DNA of 42,344 bases, from the IMG/VR virus record IMGVR_UViG_3300033417_000023, positions 1 to 42,344 of that record; one strand, 5' to 3'. Position numbers and translations under genes: made by a program. Origin of the DNA: a virus. Its lineage: Duplodnaviria > Caudoviricetes. Positions 17,131 to 26,537 of this stretch are shown here, in pieces. The notes under the pieces are model-generated. The model worked only from the letters and a program-made list of their open reading frames with translations. It made no database searches and had not been told where the DNA came from. Position 1 is the first letter of the stretch. Each line of letters starts with the position of its first letter.

Positions 17131-19266
17131 CTATCGCCCCCGATTCGTGGGGCCGGTGACAGGGCGGACGTTGACCCCGCCCGCGATCGGGAACTGGTTC
17201 TGTAGCTTCCACGCGGCCCGCACGGGCGCCTGGGTGGACGACTGCACCTCGGTGCGCCGCGCCTCAATCTCGCGCCGGAGCTCGGCCAGCTTCTTCGGCA
17301 CGTCCGCGTCCAGCGTCGGCTGGTCGATGCCCGCGTACTCGTCTTGCTTGGGCGCGCTGTTGGGCTCGCTCTTCCAGCCCATGCGCGAATTGAGCTCCAC
17401 GGCGGTCCACGCCTGGCGGAGCGAGCGCGCCTTGGCGGCCGCGTCGTCGTCGCCGATCTCGTCGAAAGCATCGAATGGGTCGTAGCCCGTGGCGCTGCTC
17501 ACGTAGTCGGCGTCCTTGGGGTAGTTGCCCGCGGAATCCGGCTGGACGCCGTATGCCTGCTCCAGCGTGGCGAGGTCGCGCTCGAGCTGCCCCACCAGCG
17601 ACATGCCGGTTCCCATCTGCTTGAGCTGCTGTACGTGCGCGGGGTTGCGCGTGTCGAACTTCGCCGCCAGCGCGGCGCGCGTTGCCGGGTCGCGATCTTC
17701 GGTGCCGACCGGCGCGAGCTCGGTGCCGACCACCGGTGCCTCGACGGGCTTTGGCGGCTGGTAGACGATGCTGAGGCGCTGGTTCTCGCGGTCCACCAGG
17801 CCCTGCGCGAGCTGCTGCCCTTCGGCCATAATCTCTGCGGACGCGGCCAGCGCTTGCGCCTGAATGTCCGCGTTGTCGATCTGCGTGCGCGCCAGGTTGT
17901 CCACGCGCTTGGCGGTGACGATGCGCTGCTCTGCCCGCGCTGCGTCCACGCCGCTATCCGCGTTGTTGAGCACGCGCGTCCAGTGGGCGACGCGGTTCTC
18001 CTTGGAGCGCTCGCCGCGGTTGAGCGCGTCCTTCTGCGCGTCCACGTCCGCGTCTAGCGCCTGGTTTAGCATGTCGATCGCGGGGTTGCGCGCGCCCTTC
18101 GCTCCGCCAGTGACGAGCAAGCCTTGGCTGATGCCTCCAAGGATGAGCGCGATCGATCCCATGACGATGTCCCCGGTGCTCATGTTCTTGATGAGTCGGA
18201 TGGGGTCGACCTTGCCGACAGGCTCCGCGAAAGTCTCTTGGATCTTCTTGTTGGCCGCGTTGCGCACGGCGGTCTCGTGCTGGATGCGATAGGCCGCATC
18301 CTGCTCGAAGCGCTGCGCCTGCGCGTCAACCTCTGCCATGGCCTCGTTGCGCCCTGCCACGCGGCTTTGCGCGGCGTTCTGCACGAATGCCGCCTGCACG
18401 TTGGTGCTGTCCATGGTCTGCTGCTGGCGCTGGCGAACTTGCTCGGGGGTGAGCGGGACGCCTTGCGTAGTGACTTGCGCCGGCAGCATGCCGGGGATCT
18501 GTGGGATGACCGGGCCCGTCGCGCGGGGCTGACCTTGTGCGACGCGGGATAGCAGGCTGCCCGGGTCAGCCGTGGCGGTCTCTTCGCGCGAGCCCACGGT
18601 CGCGCCCGACTCCTGGCGAGCCATGGCTTGCGCCAGCTTGTCGCGGGGCACCTCCGAGAGCGGGGTGTCCGCTGACACGCCGGTGAAGCCCGCCACGTTG
18701 CTCGTGTAGCGCGCCACGTCGTTCTCGAACTCGGGCGCGTACTTGCCGATGAAGCTCCCGAGCGTGTGCCCGCGCTGCGCGTCCAGCTCAATCTGGCGCT
18801 CGAGCGCGGAGTAGCCGGCCTCCGGCGTCTCGAACTTGGCCCAGCTGCCCCCGCCCTTCTTGTCCTCGCCCCTCGTGGCGCCAGCCTGCCCCGCAAACAT
18901 CAGGTTGCCCGGGTTGTTGTGTACGTAGGCGATGCGGCTCGCCTCGGGGATGTTGATGCCCTGTTGCGGCTCGGCGCCTGGGGTCGACATGGCTTCCGTC
19001 TGGCGTTGCACGACGTCCGGCGTGATGGGAGCCTGCGGCACGACGGGCTCGGGCTCGGGCTCGGGCACTGGGGGCGGGGCCATCTGCGCGCCCGACTCGG
19101 CTTGCCACTCGTTAGCCTTGCGCAAGTCCGCGATGCGGCTCGCCTCCACGGGGTCGTAGCCGTACGTGGGGGTGCCGTCCTCGTCGATGAACTCGCCGAT
19201 CCCCCAGGTCTCGTCGTCGTCCGGGTCGTAGATATCCGGGTCGGGCAAGAAGTCTGTGTAAGCCAC
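17131..19266 (-). CDS. internal virion/ejection protein with NNPGN lysozyme-like peptidoglycan hydrolase domain
   Basis: HNNPGNL...F.TPEAGY.AL...TL..FI.KYAP..END...Y...AMARQESG (about 18605-18935); later hydrophobic segment IVMGSIALILGGISQGLLV and coiled coil. Confidence 0.75.
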   Translation of the reverse strand: MAYTDFLPDPDIYDPDDDETWGIGEFIDEDGTPTYGYDPVEASRIADLRKANEWQAESGAQMAPPPVPEPEPEPVVPQAPITPDVVQRQTEAMSTPGAEPQQGINIPEASRIAYVHNNPGNLMFAGQAGATRGEDKKGGGSWAKFETPEAGYSALERQIELDAQRGHTLGSFIGKYAPEFENDVARYTSNVAGFTGVSADTPLSEVPRDKLAQAMARQESGATVGSREETATADPGSLLSRVAQGQPRATGPVIPQIPGMLPAQVTTQGVPLTPEQVRQRQQQTMDSTNVQAAFVQNAAQSRVAGRNEAMAEVDAQAQRFEQDAAYRIQHETAVRNAANKKIQETFAEPVGKVDPIRLIKNMSTGDIVMGSIALILGGISQGLLVTGGAKGARNPAIDMLNQALDADVDAQKDALNRGERSKENRVAHWTRVLNNADSGVDAARAEQRIVTAKRVDNLARTQIDNADIQAQALAASAEIMAEGQQLAQGLVDRENQRLSIVYQPPKPVEAPVVGTELAPVGTEDRDPATRAALAAKFDTRNPAHVQQLKQMGTGMSLVGQLERDLATLEQAYGVQPDSAGNYPKDADYVSSATGYDPFDAFDEIGDDDAAAKARSLRQAWTAVELNSRMGWKSEPNSAPKQDEYAGIDQPTLDADVPKKLAELRREIEARRTEVQSSTQAPVRAAWKLQNQFPIAGGVNVRPVTGPTNRGR

Positions 19267-21582
19267 TTAGACGGCCCCGGCGGCGCGCAGCTTGCGGTGA
19301 ATCATCGCCACTGCCGCCAGCGCCGCCATGCCCGCGCGCGCGTCGTCCACGCCAAGGAACCCGTCGGGTCTGCGGACGACCATCGTTCTACCGAGCCGCG
19401 ACTGCTGGAGGTCTTGCGCCATGCCGCCGAAGAAGCGTCCCGCACCATGCGCCGACGGGTCCGCATACTCGAAGGTCTGCGGCTCGAACAACTCGAGCAG
19501 CTCCTCGAGGTCCGCGTCCGTGGCGTCGGCAATCTCGACCTTGGCGGCGCGGTCGGAAGCTAGTGCCGCCTTGGTGCCGGCAGAGCTGATGCCGCCGATT
19601 GCGCCGCCGGCCGTGTTGACGGCCAGCTGCTCCAAGAACGTCGGCTGGGCGTTGATCTGGTCGATGGTGTTCTGCCGGCTTGTGTCGCTCGCTTGGTTGC
19701 CCAGCGTCAGCTGCACGTCCCGGTTGGCGCCCTGGTTGTAGGTGTTCTGCGCGATGTTCTCGCCGGTGAGTGCCTGGTCTCCCGCTCGCCCCAGGAAGTC
19801 GAGGCCCTGGCCCATGGCCTCGTTGCCGAGTCGGCCGTATCCGAGCTGGCCCTCGAGCGCGAGTTGTTGCGCTTGCAGAGCCCGGTCCGCGTCGCTGGTG
19901 AGCGCGTTGATGTCCTGCCCACGGATGGTCGCGTTGGTGCCGGCTAGGCCAAGCTCCTGGGTGACGTCCTGGCCGCGGGTGCCCAGCGCGGTCGCCTGGT
20001 TTCCCTGCAGCGCGCTGAGGTTCTGCCCGCGCATGCCGAGCTGCGCCGACTGGTCCGCGGTGAGCCCCTGTAGGTTCTGCCCGCGGGCGCCAAGCTGGGT
20101 GCTCTGGTCGCCCTGCAGCGCCGACAGGTCTTGCCCTCGGGTCGCGACGCTCGTGTTGGCGCGTAGCCCCTCGAGCCCCAGCCCCGTGCTCTGGTCGCCT
20201 TGTAGGGCGCTCAAGTCCTGCCCCCGGGCACCGAGTGCCGTCTGAGCGCGGAGGCCCTCCAGCGCCGTCCTCGTGCTCTGGTTGGCCATCGCCCCCGACA
20301 GGTCTTGACCACGGGTACCAAGCTGCGTCGACTGGTCTCCCTGCAACGCGCTGAGGTCTTGCCCGCGGAACGCCAGGTCTTGCCCGCGCATCGCCGTGCC
20401 AAGCTCGCCGCCGAGCCCGATGGCGCTCAGCTGGCGGTTCTTGAGCATGTCCTCCTCTTGCGCGCGGAGGGTGGCCATCTGCCCCATGGTGTCGGAGGCG
20501 ATGGCGCCGCCCTCGGAGATGGCTCCGCGGAGCGCTTGCGCCTGCGAGCCAGCGCCTCCACGCCCGGAGCGAGCCGCGCCGATGAGCGAGGCCATGTTGT
20601 CGGCCTGGCCCTGCTGCAACTGGGCCTCCGCGATGCTGGGGCCCTGGGGTCCATCGAGGAATCCCTCGAGCCGCCCCATCATGCCTTGCTGGTTCTGCGA
20701 GGACAGCCCCAGGTTACCGAGCTGCCCCGCCACGTTGGCAGGGCCGGCTCCCATCCGGATGTCCCCCACGTTGCCCACCTGGGGCGCCGCACCGAGCCTG
20801 CCAGCGACGTTGGCGACCCCGCCAACCTGGTAGCCGCCGCCGAGCTGGCCCGCCACGTTGCCCGGCGCTCCGCCGAGCTGACCCATCACGTTGTTGACTC
20901 CGCCGAGCGACCCCGGGTCCACGTTGCCCACCCCGGCGTGCTGCTGCGCCTGGTTCTGGTAACCCAGGTTGAAAGCTGGCTGCCCAGCAGGCGCGCCTCC
21001 ACCTCCACCCTGCGGCGCGCCGTTCAGGATGCCGGGATCCAGGAACCCGCCCGATCCGCCGCGCGGGGCTGGTGCCGGGGGCGCGCCGCCGTAGGTCTGC
21101 GCTCCGCCCGTGATGCTCGGCGCGGTCGTCTGGTAGCCGGCGCCGAGCTGCTGAAAGTTGGACGCCGTGCCAGCCTGCGAGTCGTAGACGTTGCCGCCAC
21201 GAACGGCCATGGCCTCGCCGAGCCCGCGCGCGTTGTCCATCTGCCCGGAGCGGGACGCGGCGTACGCTGCTTGCGTCGCCGCTGTGGGCGCCCCTCCGTA
21301 GCCCTGTGGCGCGTTGGCTGGCGCCTGCGTCGAGGCCGTGGTCGGCAGCTGGCCCAGCTGCATGAACTGGTTCTGCTGCTGGTCCGTCCGCGGCGCGGCT
21401 TGCGCGGCAGCAATCTCGGCCGGCGTGCGCGGGTCCACGATGCCAGCGTTGGCGGCCTGGTCATACTGCTGCGTAGACGTCGCAGCGTTCTTCAGGATCT
21501 TTTTGAATGTGCCGCCGCCGCTCGGCGCCGGCTGCGACACGCCTCCCGCGTCCAAGTTGTATCGATCGAGCCTGCTCGTCAT
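19267..21582 (-). CDS. Gly/Gln-rich ejection (DNA pilot-like) protein with C-terminal peptidase S74 autocleaving chaperone
   Basis: RGQDLSALQGDQST repeats; C-terminal SDRAAK...FEY...GGMAQDLQ...V...DG matches the S74 intramolecular chaperone pattern. Confidence 0.7.
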   Translation of the reverse strand: MTSRLDRYNLDAGGVSQPAPSGGGTFKKILKNAATSTQQYDQAANAGIVDPRTPAEIAAAQAAPRTDQQQNQFMQLGQLPTTASTQAPANAPQGYGGAPTAATQAAYAASRSGQMDNARGLGEAMAVRGGNVYDSQAGTASNFQQLGAGYQTTAPSITGGAQTYGGAPPAPAPRGGSGGFLDPGILNGAPQGGGGGAPAGQPAFNLGYQNQAQQHAGVGNVDPGSLGGVNNVMGQLGGAPGNVAGQLGGGYQVGGVANVAGRLGAAPQVGNVGDIRMGAGPANVAGQLGNLGLSSQNQQGMMGRLEGFLDGPQGPSIAEAQLQQGQADNMASLIGAARSGRGGAGSQAQALRGAISEGGAIASDTMGQMATLRAQEEDMLKNRQLSAIGLGGELGTAMRGQDLAFRGQDLSALQGDQSTQLGTRGQDLSGAMANQSTRTALEGLRAQTALGARGQDLSALQGDQSTGLGLEGLRANTSVATRGQDLSALQGDQSTQLGARGQNLQGLTADQSAQLGMRGQNLSALQGNQATALGTRGQDVTQELGLAGTNATIRGQDINALTSDADRALQAQQLALEGQLGYGRLGNEAMGQGLDFLGRAGDQALTGENIAQNTYNQGANRDVQLTLGNQASDTSRQNTIDQINAQPTFLEQLAVNTAGGAIGGISSAGTKAALASDRAAKVEIADATDADLEELLELFEPQTFEYADPSAHGAGRFFGGMAQDLQQSRLGRTMVVRRPDGFLGVDDARAGMAALAAVAMIHRKLRAAGAV

Positions 21583-24515
21583 CGGGTGCCCTTCCGTGAT
21601 GCCTTGCGCCCACGAATCACCTCGAGCTGCAGGTGATTGAGGGTCTGCGCCTGGCTCGGCGTGTCGTCCGCGTCAGCGGTGATTCTGATCTCGATCACGA
21701 ACCGGTTCCCTTTTCTTCGTGGAGGGTACCACGGAAGCTCGATTGTCTCATTGATTGCGAGACCTTCCACGTCAAGCGGCTCGATCACGCAGCTGTGGAA
21801 GCTGCCCGCCAAGCCGTCGTCATAGCTCACGACCGCCTCCACTCTGTGGGAACCCTTGAACTTCCCGGTCGTGCTGAAGCCCTTGAGCCGAGCCCAGCCA
21901 TCGAAGTAGGCGCTGGCCGCGATCGAGCCCGTGCGCGCCGTCAGGGGAAGAAAGCTTGCGCCGGGGTAGGCGGTGTCCTGACGGTAGACGGTCGTTCCCA
22001 CCACCACGACGAGCCTCCCGAGGTGCTCAACCATGGCGCGGATGGGCCCGCCCCCGAGGTCTTCCAGCGTGTCGACGTACCAGACGCCCGCGCGCGTGTC
22101 GTAGCTCACGAGGCGCCCGTCCGTGCCCGCCGCGTTCTGCACGGCCCAGCTCACGGTGTTTTCGGTGGTGCTGATGGCCACCGCGGTCGTGACCGGGAAC
22201 TCGGTGAGCGTGTCGCGCACGGCCTGGCTGAGCCACTCCACCGACGCGCCGCCGCGGGGCATGAGCATCAGGCGGTCCGGCGCCGAGCGGAACCACGCGC
22301 CCTCAGCCGTGGCGGCGACGCTCCGCCAGTCGGTCACGCCCGTGTCGTTGCCGGGCAGCAATCGCGGCGGGTTGAATTCCCCGTCCCCCACGTCGTTCGG
22401 TCCCACCCCGCCGACCACGTAGAGCGCTTCGCGCGTGGCCACGATCTCGTTTTCGTCGATGGCAAACACCGCGGACACGAACCCGTTGACGTGGAAGAAG
22501 TGCCCCGGGAACTCGCTCCACTCCAGCGGCTCGTCGGGGAAGACGCGCTTGCTGCGCTGGACCTGGGAGCGGTTCGGCAGCCCGCCGTTGGTGATGCGGT
22601 CGCGCCCTGCCCAGAGGTATTCCGCGGGGTAGGGCGCCTCGTGTTGGAGCGGGCCCGAGAGGTTGCCCCGCGCGCCCTGGGTGTAGACGACCTCCTGCGT
22701 CAGAATCTCGCTATCGCTCGCCTGGTCATTGGTCGCGAGCGCCACCCCATCGACGGGGAAGCCGAAGACGGCGCGCCGCGGCACCCGGTCCGGCGCCGGA
22801 CGCGTGCGGTAGCCGATGGTCCTGACCGCTGCCCGCCGGGTGTGGGGCGAGGACAGCACGAGGTCTACCTCGTCCTCGCCGGCGCCCGTGGTCACCTGCA
22901 GGTCGGTGGACACCGGGCTCAGGTGCCGGTTATTTTGCGCGTCGCGCCAGTCCCACACGCTGGTGTAGCGGTAGACGGACTCCGGGGTCAGGTCGCCGTC
23001 CGTGCTGGGGGTGCCGCTCACCACGACCGGGGTCTCAAAGAACCCACTCTCCACCGTCTGGCTGCCGTCCCACACGGCCACGAAACCGCCCGCGATGTAG
23101 AGCAGATTGCCCATGGTCGCGGTCTGTCGGCGCTCCGGCGAGCAGAGCCGCATCTGCATCACGACCGGCGCGTTTGCGCAGTTGAGGTCGCTCACGGGGA
23201 ACACCGCCCAGTGGTAGGTCCCGTCCGTGGCCGTGCTCCCGAGCCAGGTGGAGAGCGCATCGACGGCAAAGCCCCGGTGGTGGGCGAGCTCGTAGCCCCG
23301 GGGCGCGATCAGGTCGATCACCCCGGTGAAGCTGGTTAGGCTCCCCTCACCATGGGGGCCGACCACCCCAACGAAGAGTCCATCCGAGCTCACCAGGTGC
23401 TTGCTCTGCTGGCTCAGTTCCCGGTGGGTGGCCGCGGTGACGGAGCTGTGGCTCGAGGCCACCCGGGTGTCGACCTTGAGCTGGCTGTCGATGGTGTCCG
23501 GGATTGCGGCGCTCACGATGACGTTCAGGCCCACGATCGAGATGGCTGGCGGCCTGGTCCCCGTGGAGCCACCAAAGAGCGCCGTGGGGCCCGTCTGGCT
23601 CGTCAACGTGGGGGTATCGAAGGACTCTAGCCCGTACCCGCCCCCGCTTCGCACGTAGGCCACGTGGGTCAGCCCGCCCGACACGCTGGCGACGCTCCCG
23701 GCCACCACGTCCGTGGCCGTCAGGGTGACCGAGTCCGTGACCGTGAGGGCGAGCGCGCAGCGCCGGAGCGTGGCCGTCCCGGTCGATTGAACCACGAGCA
23801 ACATGAACTCGGAGGCGCCGGCTACCGGCGCCAGGTCGATGCCGTCCGTGACGGTGCCCGTGCTGTGGAGGGTGGTCTCCCCGCTCAACGCCGTCGAGGT
23901 GCCTACGACGAAGGTCGAGGCCACCACGTTCGTCCCGTTGTGGAACGCGAACACGAAGGTCGAGCCCACGCCGGTGACGCGCGGCCGCGTGCGGGCCGCA
24001 ACGCGCGCGGCGAACAGCACGGCACCGGTCGCGGGCTCAAAGATGTGCACCAGGCTCGCCCCCGCGTTGTCTTCGTGGACCAGCGCCAGGTAGCCGGCGG
24101 CGTACGCCAGGTCGTACAGCTGCGCCTCGTCGGTGGCGGTGTAGGGCGGGCGGAACACCTGGCGGAGCTCGGTCACGGCGGAGAGCGAGCGCCGACCCGT
24201 GCCCACGTCCTCGCCGACCCACTCCCCTGACTCCTCGTCGAGCGCGAAGAGCTTCTCCGGGCCGCTCGCGTCCGCGTCGGTGGTGCCCATCGCCAGGAGC
24301 CGGTCCCCGTGGCTCACGAGGTCGAACGCGCGCAGTGTGCCGCCCCCGAAGACGTTCGAGCCCAGCTGCGTGTAGCTCAGCCTCACACCAAGCTCGCCCG
24401 TCTTGTAGAGGCGGCCGTTGGTGATGACGCGGAAGAGCCCTTCGGGGAGTAGCTTCTCGTCGAGGTCTTCCCTGGCACCCGAGTTAAAGGGAATCGGGAT
24501 GAGCTCTACGGGCAT
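21579..24515 (-). CDS. tail nozzle / tail tubular protein B-like
   Basis: 978 aa, beta-propeller-like composition; starts IPFNSG...D and ends with LVSYD...WY and terminal beta strands; immediately upstream of the ejection genes. Confidence 0.7.
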   Translation of the reverse strand: MPVELIPIPFNSGAREDLDEKLLPEGLFRVITNGRLYKTGELGVRLSYTQLGSNVFGGGTLRAFDLVSHGDRLLAMGTTDADASGPEKLFALDEESGEWVGEDVGTGRRSLSAVTELRQVFRPPYTATDEAQLYDLAYAAGYLALVHEDNAGASLVHIFEPATGAVLFAARVAARTRPRVTGVGSTFVFAFHNGTNVVASTFVVGTSTALSGETTLHSTGTVTDGIDLAPVAGASEFMLLVVQSTGTATLRRCALALTVTDSVTLTATDVVAGSVASVSGGLTHVAYVRSGGGYGLESFDTPTLTSQTGPTALFGGSTGTRPPAISIVGLNVIVSAAIPDTIDSQLKVDTRVASSHSSVTAATHRELSQQSKHLVSSDGLFVGVVGPHGEGSLTSFTGVIDLIAPRGYELAHHRGFAVDALSTWLGSTATDGTYHWAVFPVSDLNCANAPVVMQMRLCSPERRQTATMGNLLYIAGGFVAVWDGSQTVESGFFETPVVVSGTPSTDGDLTPESVYRYTSVWDWRDAQNNRHLSPVSTDLQVTTGAGEDEVDLVLSSPHTRRAAVRTIGYRTRPAPDRVPRRAVFGFPVDGVALATNDQASDSEILTQEVVYTQGARGNLSGPLQHEAPYPAEYLWAGRDRITNGGLPNRSQVQRSKRVFPDEPLEWSEFPGHFFHVNGFVSAVFAIDENEIVATREALYVVGGVGPNDVGDGEFNPPRLLPGNDTGVTDWRSVAATAEGAWFRSAPDRLMLMPRGGASVEWLSQAVRDTLTEFPVTTAVAISTTENTVSWAVQNAAGTDGRLVSYDTRAGVWYVDTLEDLGGGPIRAMVEHLGRLVVVVGTTVYRQDTAYPGASFLPLTARTGSIAASAYFDGWARLKGFSTTGKFKGSHRVEAVVSYDDGLAGSFHSCVIEPLDVEGLAINETIELPWYPPRRKGNRFVIEIRITADADDTPSQAQTLNHLQLEVIRGRKASRKGTR

Positions 24516-24736
24516 TATCTCCCCTTCGGAGTCGTGGCGCGCTTGATCTGGTCCTGGATGTCCACAACGTTCTGATGCGTCAGCGGCTTGCTCGGTGGCG
24601 CCGCGGGCTTGAGCAGGCCCAGCTTGCGCGCGAGCTTGCGCCCTGCAATGTAGACGTCGTCAGCCCGCTCCACGAGCATCGCCGCGCCGGTCAGCACGGT
24701 GGATGCCCCCTTGAACGCTGCGCCCCAGAGGCTCAC
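24515..24736 (-). CDS. hypothetical lysis-cassette protein (73 aa)
   Basis: GTGA overlap with the endolysin stop; TAATG overlap with the nozzle gene. Confidence 0.55.
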   Translation of the reverse strand: MSLWGAAFKGASTVLTGAAMLVERADDVYIAGRKLARKLGLLKPAAPPSKPLTHQNVVDIQDQIKRATTPKGR

Positions 24737-25182
24737 GATGCACCCATGAAGTGGATGAGCTCCAGCGTCCGGCGCTTGAGCAAGCCCGGGTGGAACTTGC
24801 CGCCCGCCTTGTTCCACACGGTGAATTGCGCCGCGGCCTCGGGGCGCATGCCCCTATTCAAGAGTCGACGCAGCGTGGACTTCCCGAATGCGCCGAGCCC
24901 GATGTTAAAAGCCAAACTCACCAGCGCATCAAACTCGTTCTGAGTCACCTCGACGTCGAGCAGGCTCGACACGCCGTTCTCGAAGCGGACCAGGTCCGTG
25001 GCCAGCAGGCGGTCCGCCTCCGCGCGAGTGATCTCTTTGCGCGCCGTCACGTCGGCCCGCGTCACGTCGGGGCCCGTGTGGCCGTAGCCGATCGTCGGCA
25101 CGCCAGCGGGGCAGAGGTAGGCCTTCAGCATCAGCCCCTCGAAGGAGCCGATCATGTCGACCATGCGCGCGGAGGTATTCAT
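24733..25182 (-). CDS. endolysin, GH24 phage lysozyme
   Basis: FEG...AYLCPAGVPTIGYGHT, QNEFDALVSLAFNIG, GLLKRR..E. Catalytic triad reads E-x8-C-x5-T. Confidence 0.95.
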   Translation of the reverse strand: MNTSARMVDMIGSFEGLMLKAYLCPAGVPTIGYGHTGPDVTRADVTARKEITRAEADRLLATDLVRFENGVSSLLDVEVTQNEFDALVSLAFNIGLGAFGKSTLRRLLNRGMRPEAAAQFTVWNKAGGKFHPGLLKRRTLELIHFMGAS

Positions 25183-25439
25183 CAGTCAGCGCCTACGAAG
25201 TGAGTCAGGAACGCCAGCACCTGGTCCCACGGGACCTGGCTGAGCGCCGTGAGTACCGTGAGCGCAATCGCCACGATGCCGCCCTTCTTCGCGTTCCCCA
25301 TCGGCTTGTGGGGCGGAGGCAGCGTCGTGGCGCGCAGCCTGGACCGCTCGTCGGCGATGACCTGCGCGTAGGAGCCTGGCTCCAGCTTGGGCTTGCGGGG
25401 CGGGGGAAAGCCGGGCTCTGTGTCGTCGGTTGCGCTCAT
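25182..25439 (-). CDS. membrane protein, holin-like candidate
   Basis: C-terminal hydrophobic helix GIVAIALTVLTAL preceded by KK; TGATG-coupled to the endolysin. Confidence 0.55.
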   Translation of the reverse strand: MSATDDTEPGFPPPRKPKLEPGSYAQVIADERSRLRATTLPPPHKPMGNAKKGGIVAIALTVLTALSQVPWDQVLAFLTHFVGAD

Positions 25440-25789
25440 TGGATCCTGCTGTTGTGGTTGGCCATGGTCGCTAGCACTGCGGTCTTTATGGTTTGAGACT
25501 CCAGTCGTCGTCGATATTCTCGACCAAGTCTCTCAGCGTGGGCTGCCCCCCGCGCACGAAGCTCTGCAAGAGAATCTTCATGGTCTCGTTTTGCTGCCGC
25601 AAACTCGAGGCGCGCTCGAGGCGCAAAAGCTCGCCTAATGAGTCCTCCTTCGTCCAGCTCCGATAGAGCACGAGGGCGAGCACGATCACGCACAAGGGCC
25701 CATCGAACGCGACTAAAAAGTCTAGCAATCGGGGCAACCAAGGTGGCATGAGCAGGGTCCTTCGCGGCTGTATGGGTAGCGGTGAGCAT
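25436..25789 (-). CDS. possible overlapping gene enclosing the holin candidate
   Basis: GGAG RBS before ATG 25789; its stop forms an ATGA overlap with the next gene. Codon third positions are atypical for this genome. Confidence 0.35.
   Translation of the reverse strand: MLTATHTAAKDPAHATLVAPIARLFSRVRWALVRDRARPRALSELDEGGLIRRAFAPRARLEFAAAKRDHEDSLAELRARGAAHAERLGREYRRRLESQTIKTAVLATMANHNSRIQ
25486..25749 (-). CDS. holin-like protein with N-terminal TM helix
   Basis: AAGGA RBS; GPLCVIVLALVLY hydrophobic helix followed by a charged coil; heads the lysis cassette. Confidence 0.6.
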   Translation of the reverse strand: MPPWLPRLLDFLVAFDGPLCVIVLALVLYRSWTKEDSLGELLRLERASSLRQQNETMKILLQSFVRGGQPTLRDLVENIDDDWSLKP

Positions 25790-25877
25790 TGGCGGGTCTC
25801 CGGGGGATTCGGTGGGTTACGCGCCCCGCGGATGCCAAGGCGCCCCGGTAGGGTGCACCTCCGAGGCGATTCTGTCG

Positions 25878-25958
25878 AGCGTACCACGCTGGTGGGACAC
25901 TGCCCACGCGTGCAGCACCCTGGGGGTGAGCGCCGCAGCGCGTGATCCGTGGTACGGT
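25878..25958. promoter_or_regulatory. divergent extended -10 promoters
   Basis: CGTGGTACGCT on - (hexamer 25878-25883) and CGTGGTACGGT on + (hexamer 25953-25958, 6 nt before ATG 25965). Confidence 0.55.
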
Positions 25959-25964
25959 AAGGGC

Positions 25965-26537
25965 ATGATTCGCCGTCAATTCCAGAGGCCCGCGCTTTCC
26001 CGCTGGCTTTTCGGGGCCCACCTTGTAGGTTCTATTTGCGTGAGCGCCTGCTCCGGCGATGGTTCACCCCCCCTCGCCACGCCGGAGCAGGCTGTTCCCA
26101 TTATGGCGGCTGCCGCTTTGAGCCCGGCGCCTGAGCTGCTCAGCGCCACGCTGGCGGCTGCCGCGCGATGGTCCGCGGCGACTGGTCTCGACTTGCCCGT
26201 GGGGGTTGGCGGTCTGCCCGTGCAGCTTAAGCCCATCGTGGTCCGCATGCCTGACGGCACGGCGGCCGATGTTGATCCCCAGCTGCGCGGCACGCCCACC
26301 TGCGGAGCCCTGACGACCGGCGGCGAGATCTGGATGAGCGAGGCCATGACCGAAGCTCATGGGTGCGCGCCGATGGCCGAACTCGTAGCCCACGAGTTGG
26401 GCCACGCCCTCGGGATCCACTCCCACTTGGGAGGGCTCATGGCATCGCCACAAGCGCCCGGCGGCCTCATCGATTCCGATGCGCTCGAAGCTGTCTGCGT
26501 GGCTCAACCGTGCTCGGTGTTCAACCCCGAGCTTTAG
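25965..26537 (+). CDS. lipoprotein zinc metalloprotease (metzincin/matrixin-like)
   Basis: Basic N-terminus, lipobox-like VSAC, HELGHALGIHSH zinc motif, Met-turn GLM. Confidence 0.8.
   Translation: MIRRQFQRPALSRWLFGAHLVGSICVSACSGDGSPPLATPEQAVPIMAAAALSPAPELLSATLAAAARWSAATGLDLPVGVGGLPVQLKPIVVRMPDGTAADVDPQLRGTPTCGALTTGGEIWMSEAMTEAHGCAPMAELVAHELGHALGIHSHLGGLMASPQAPGGLIDSDALEAVCVAQPCSVFNPEL

Noticed and set aside
15016-17205. Long antisense ORFs (729 aa here; also 3818..5755, 21633..23339, 2450..3715 and others)
   Set aside because: Shadow frames of GC3-rich genes; no motifs, RBS or coupling.
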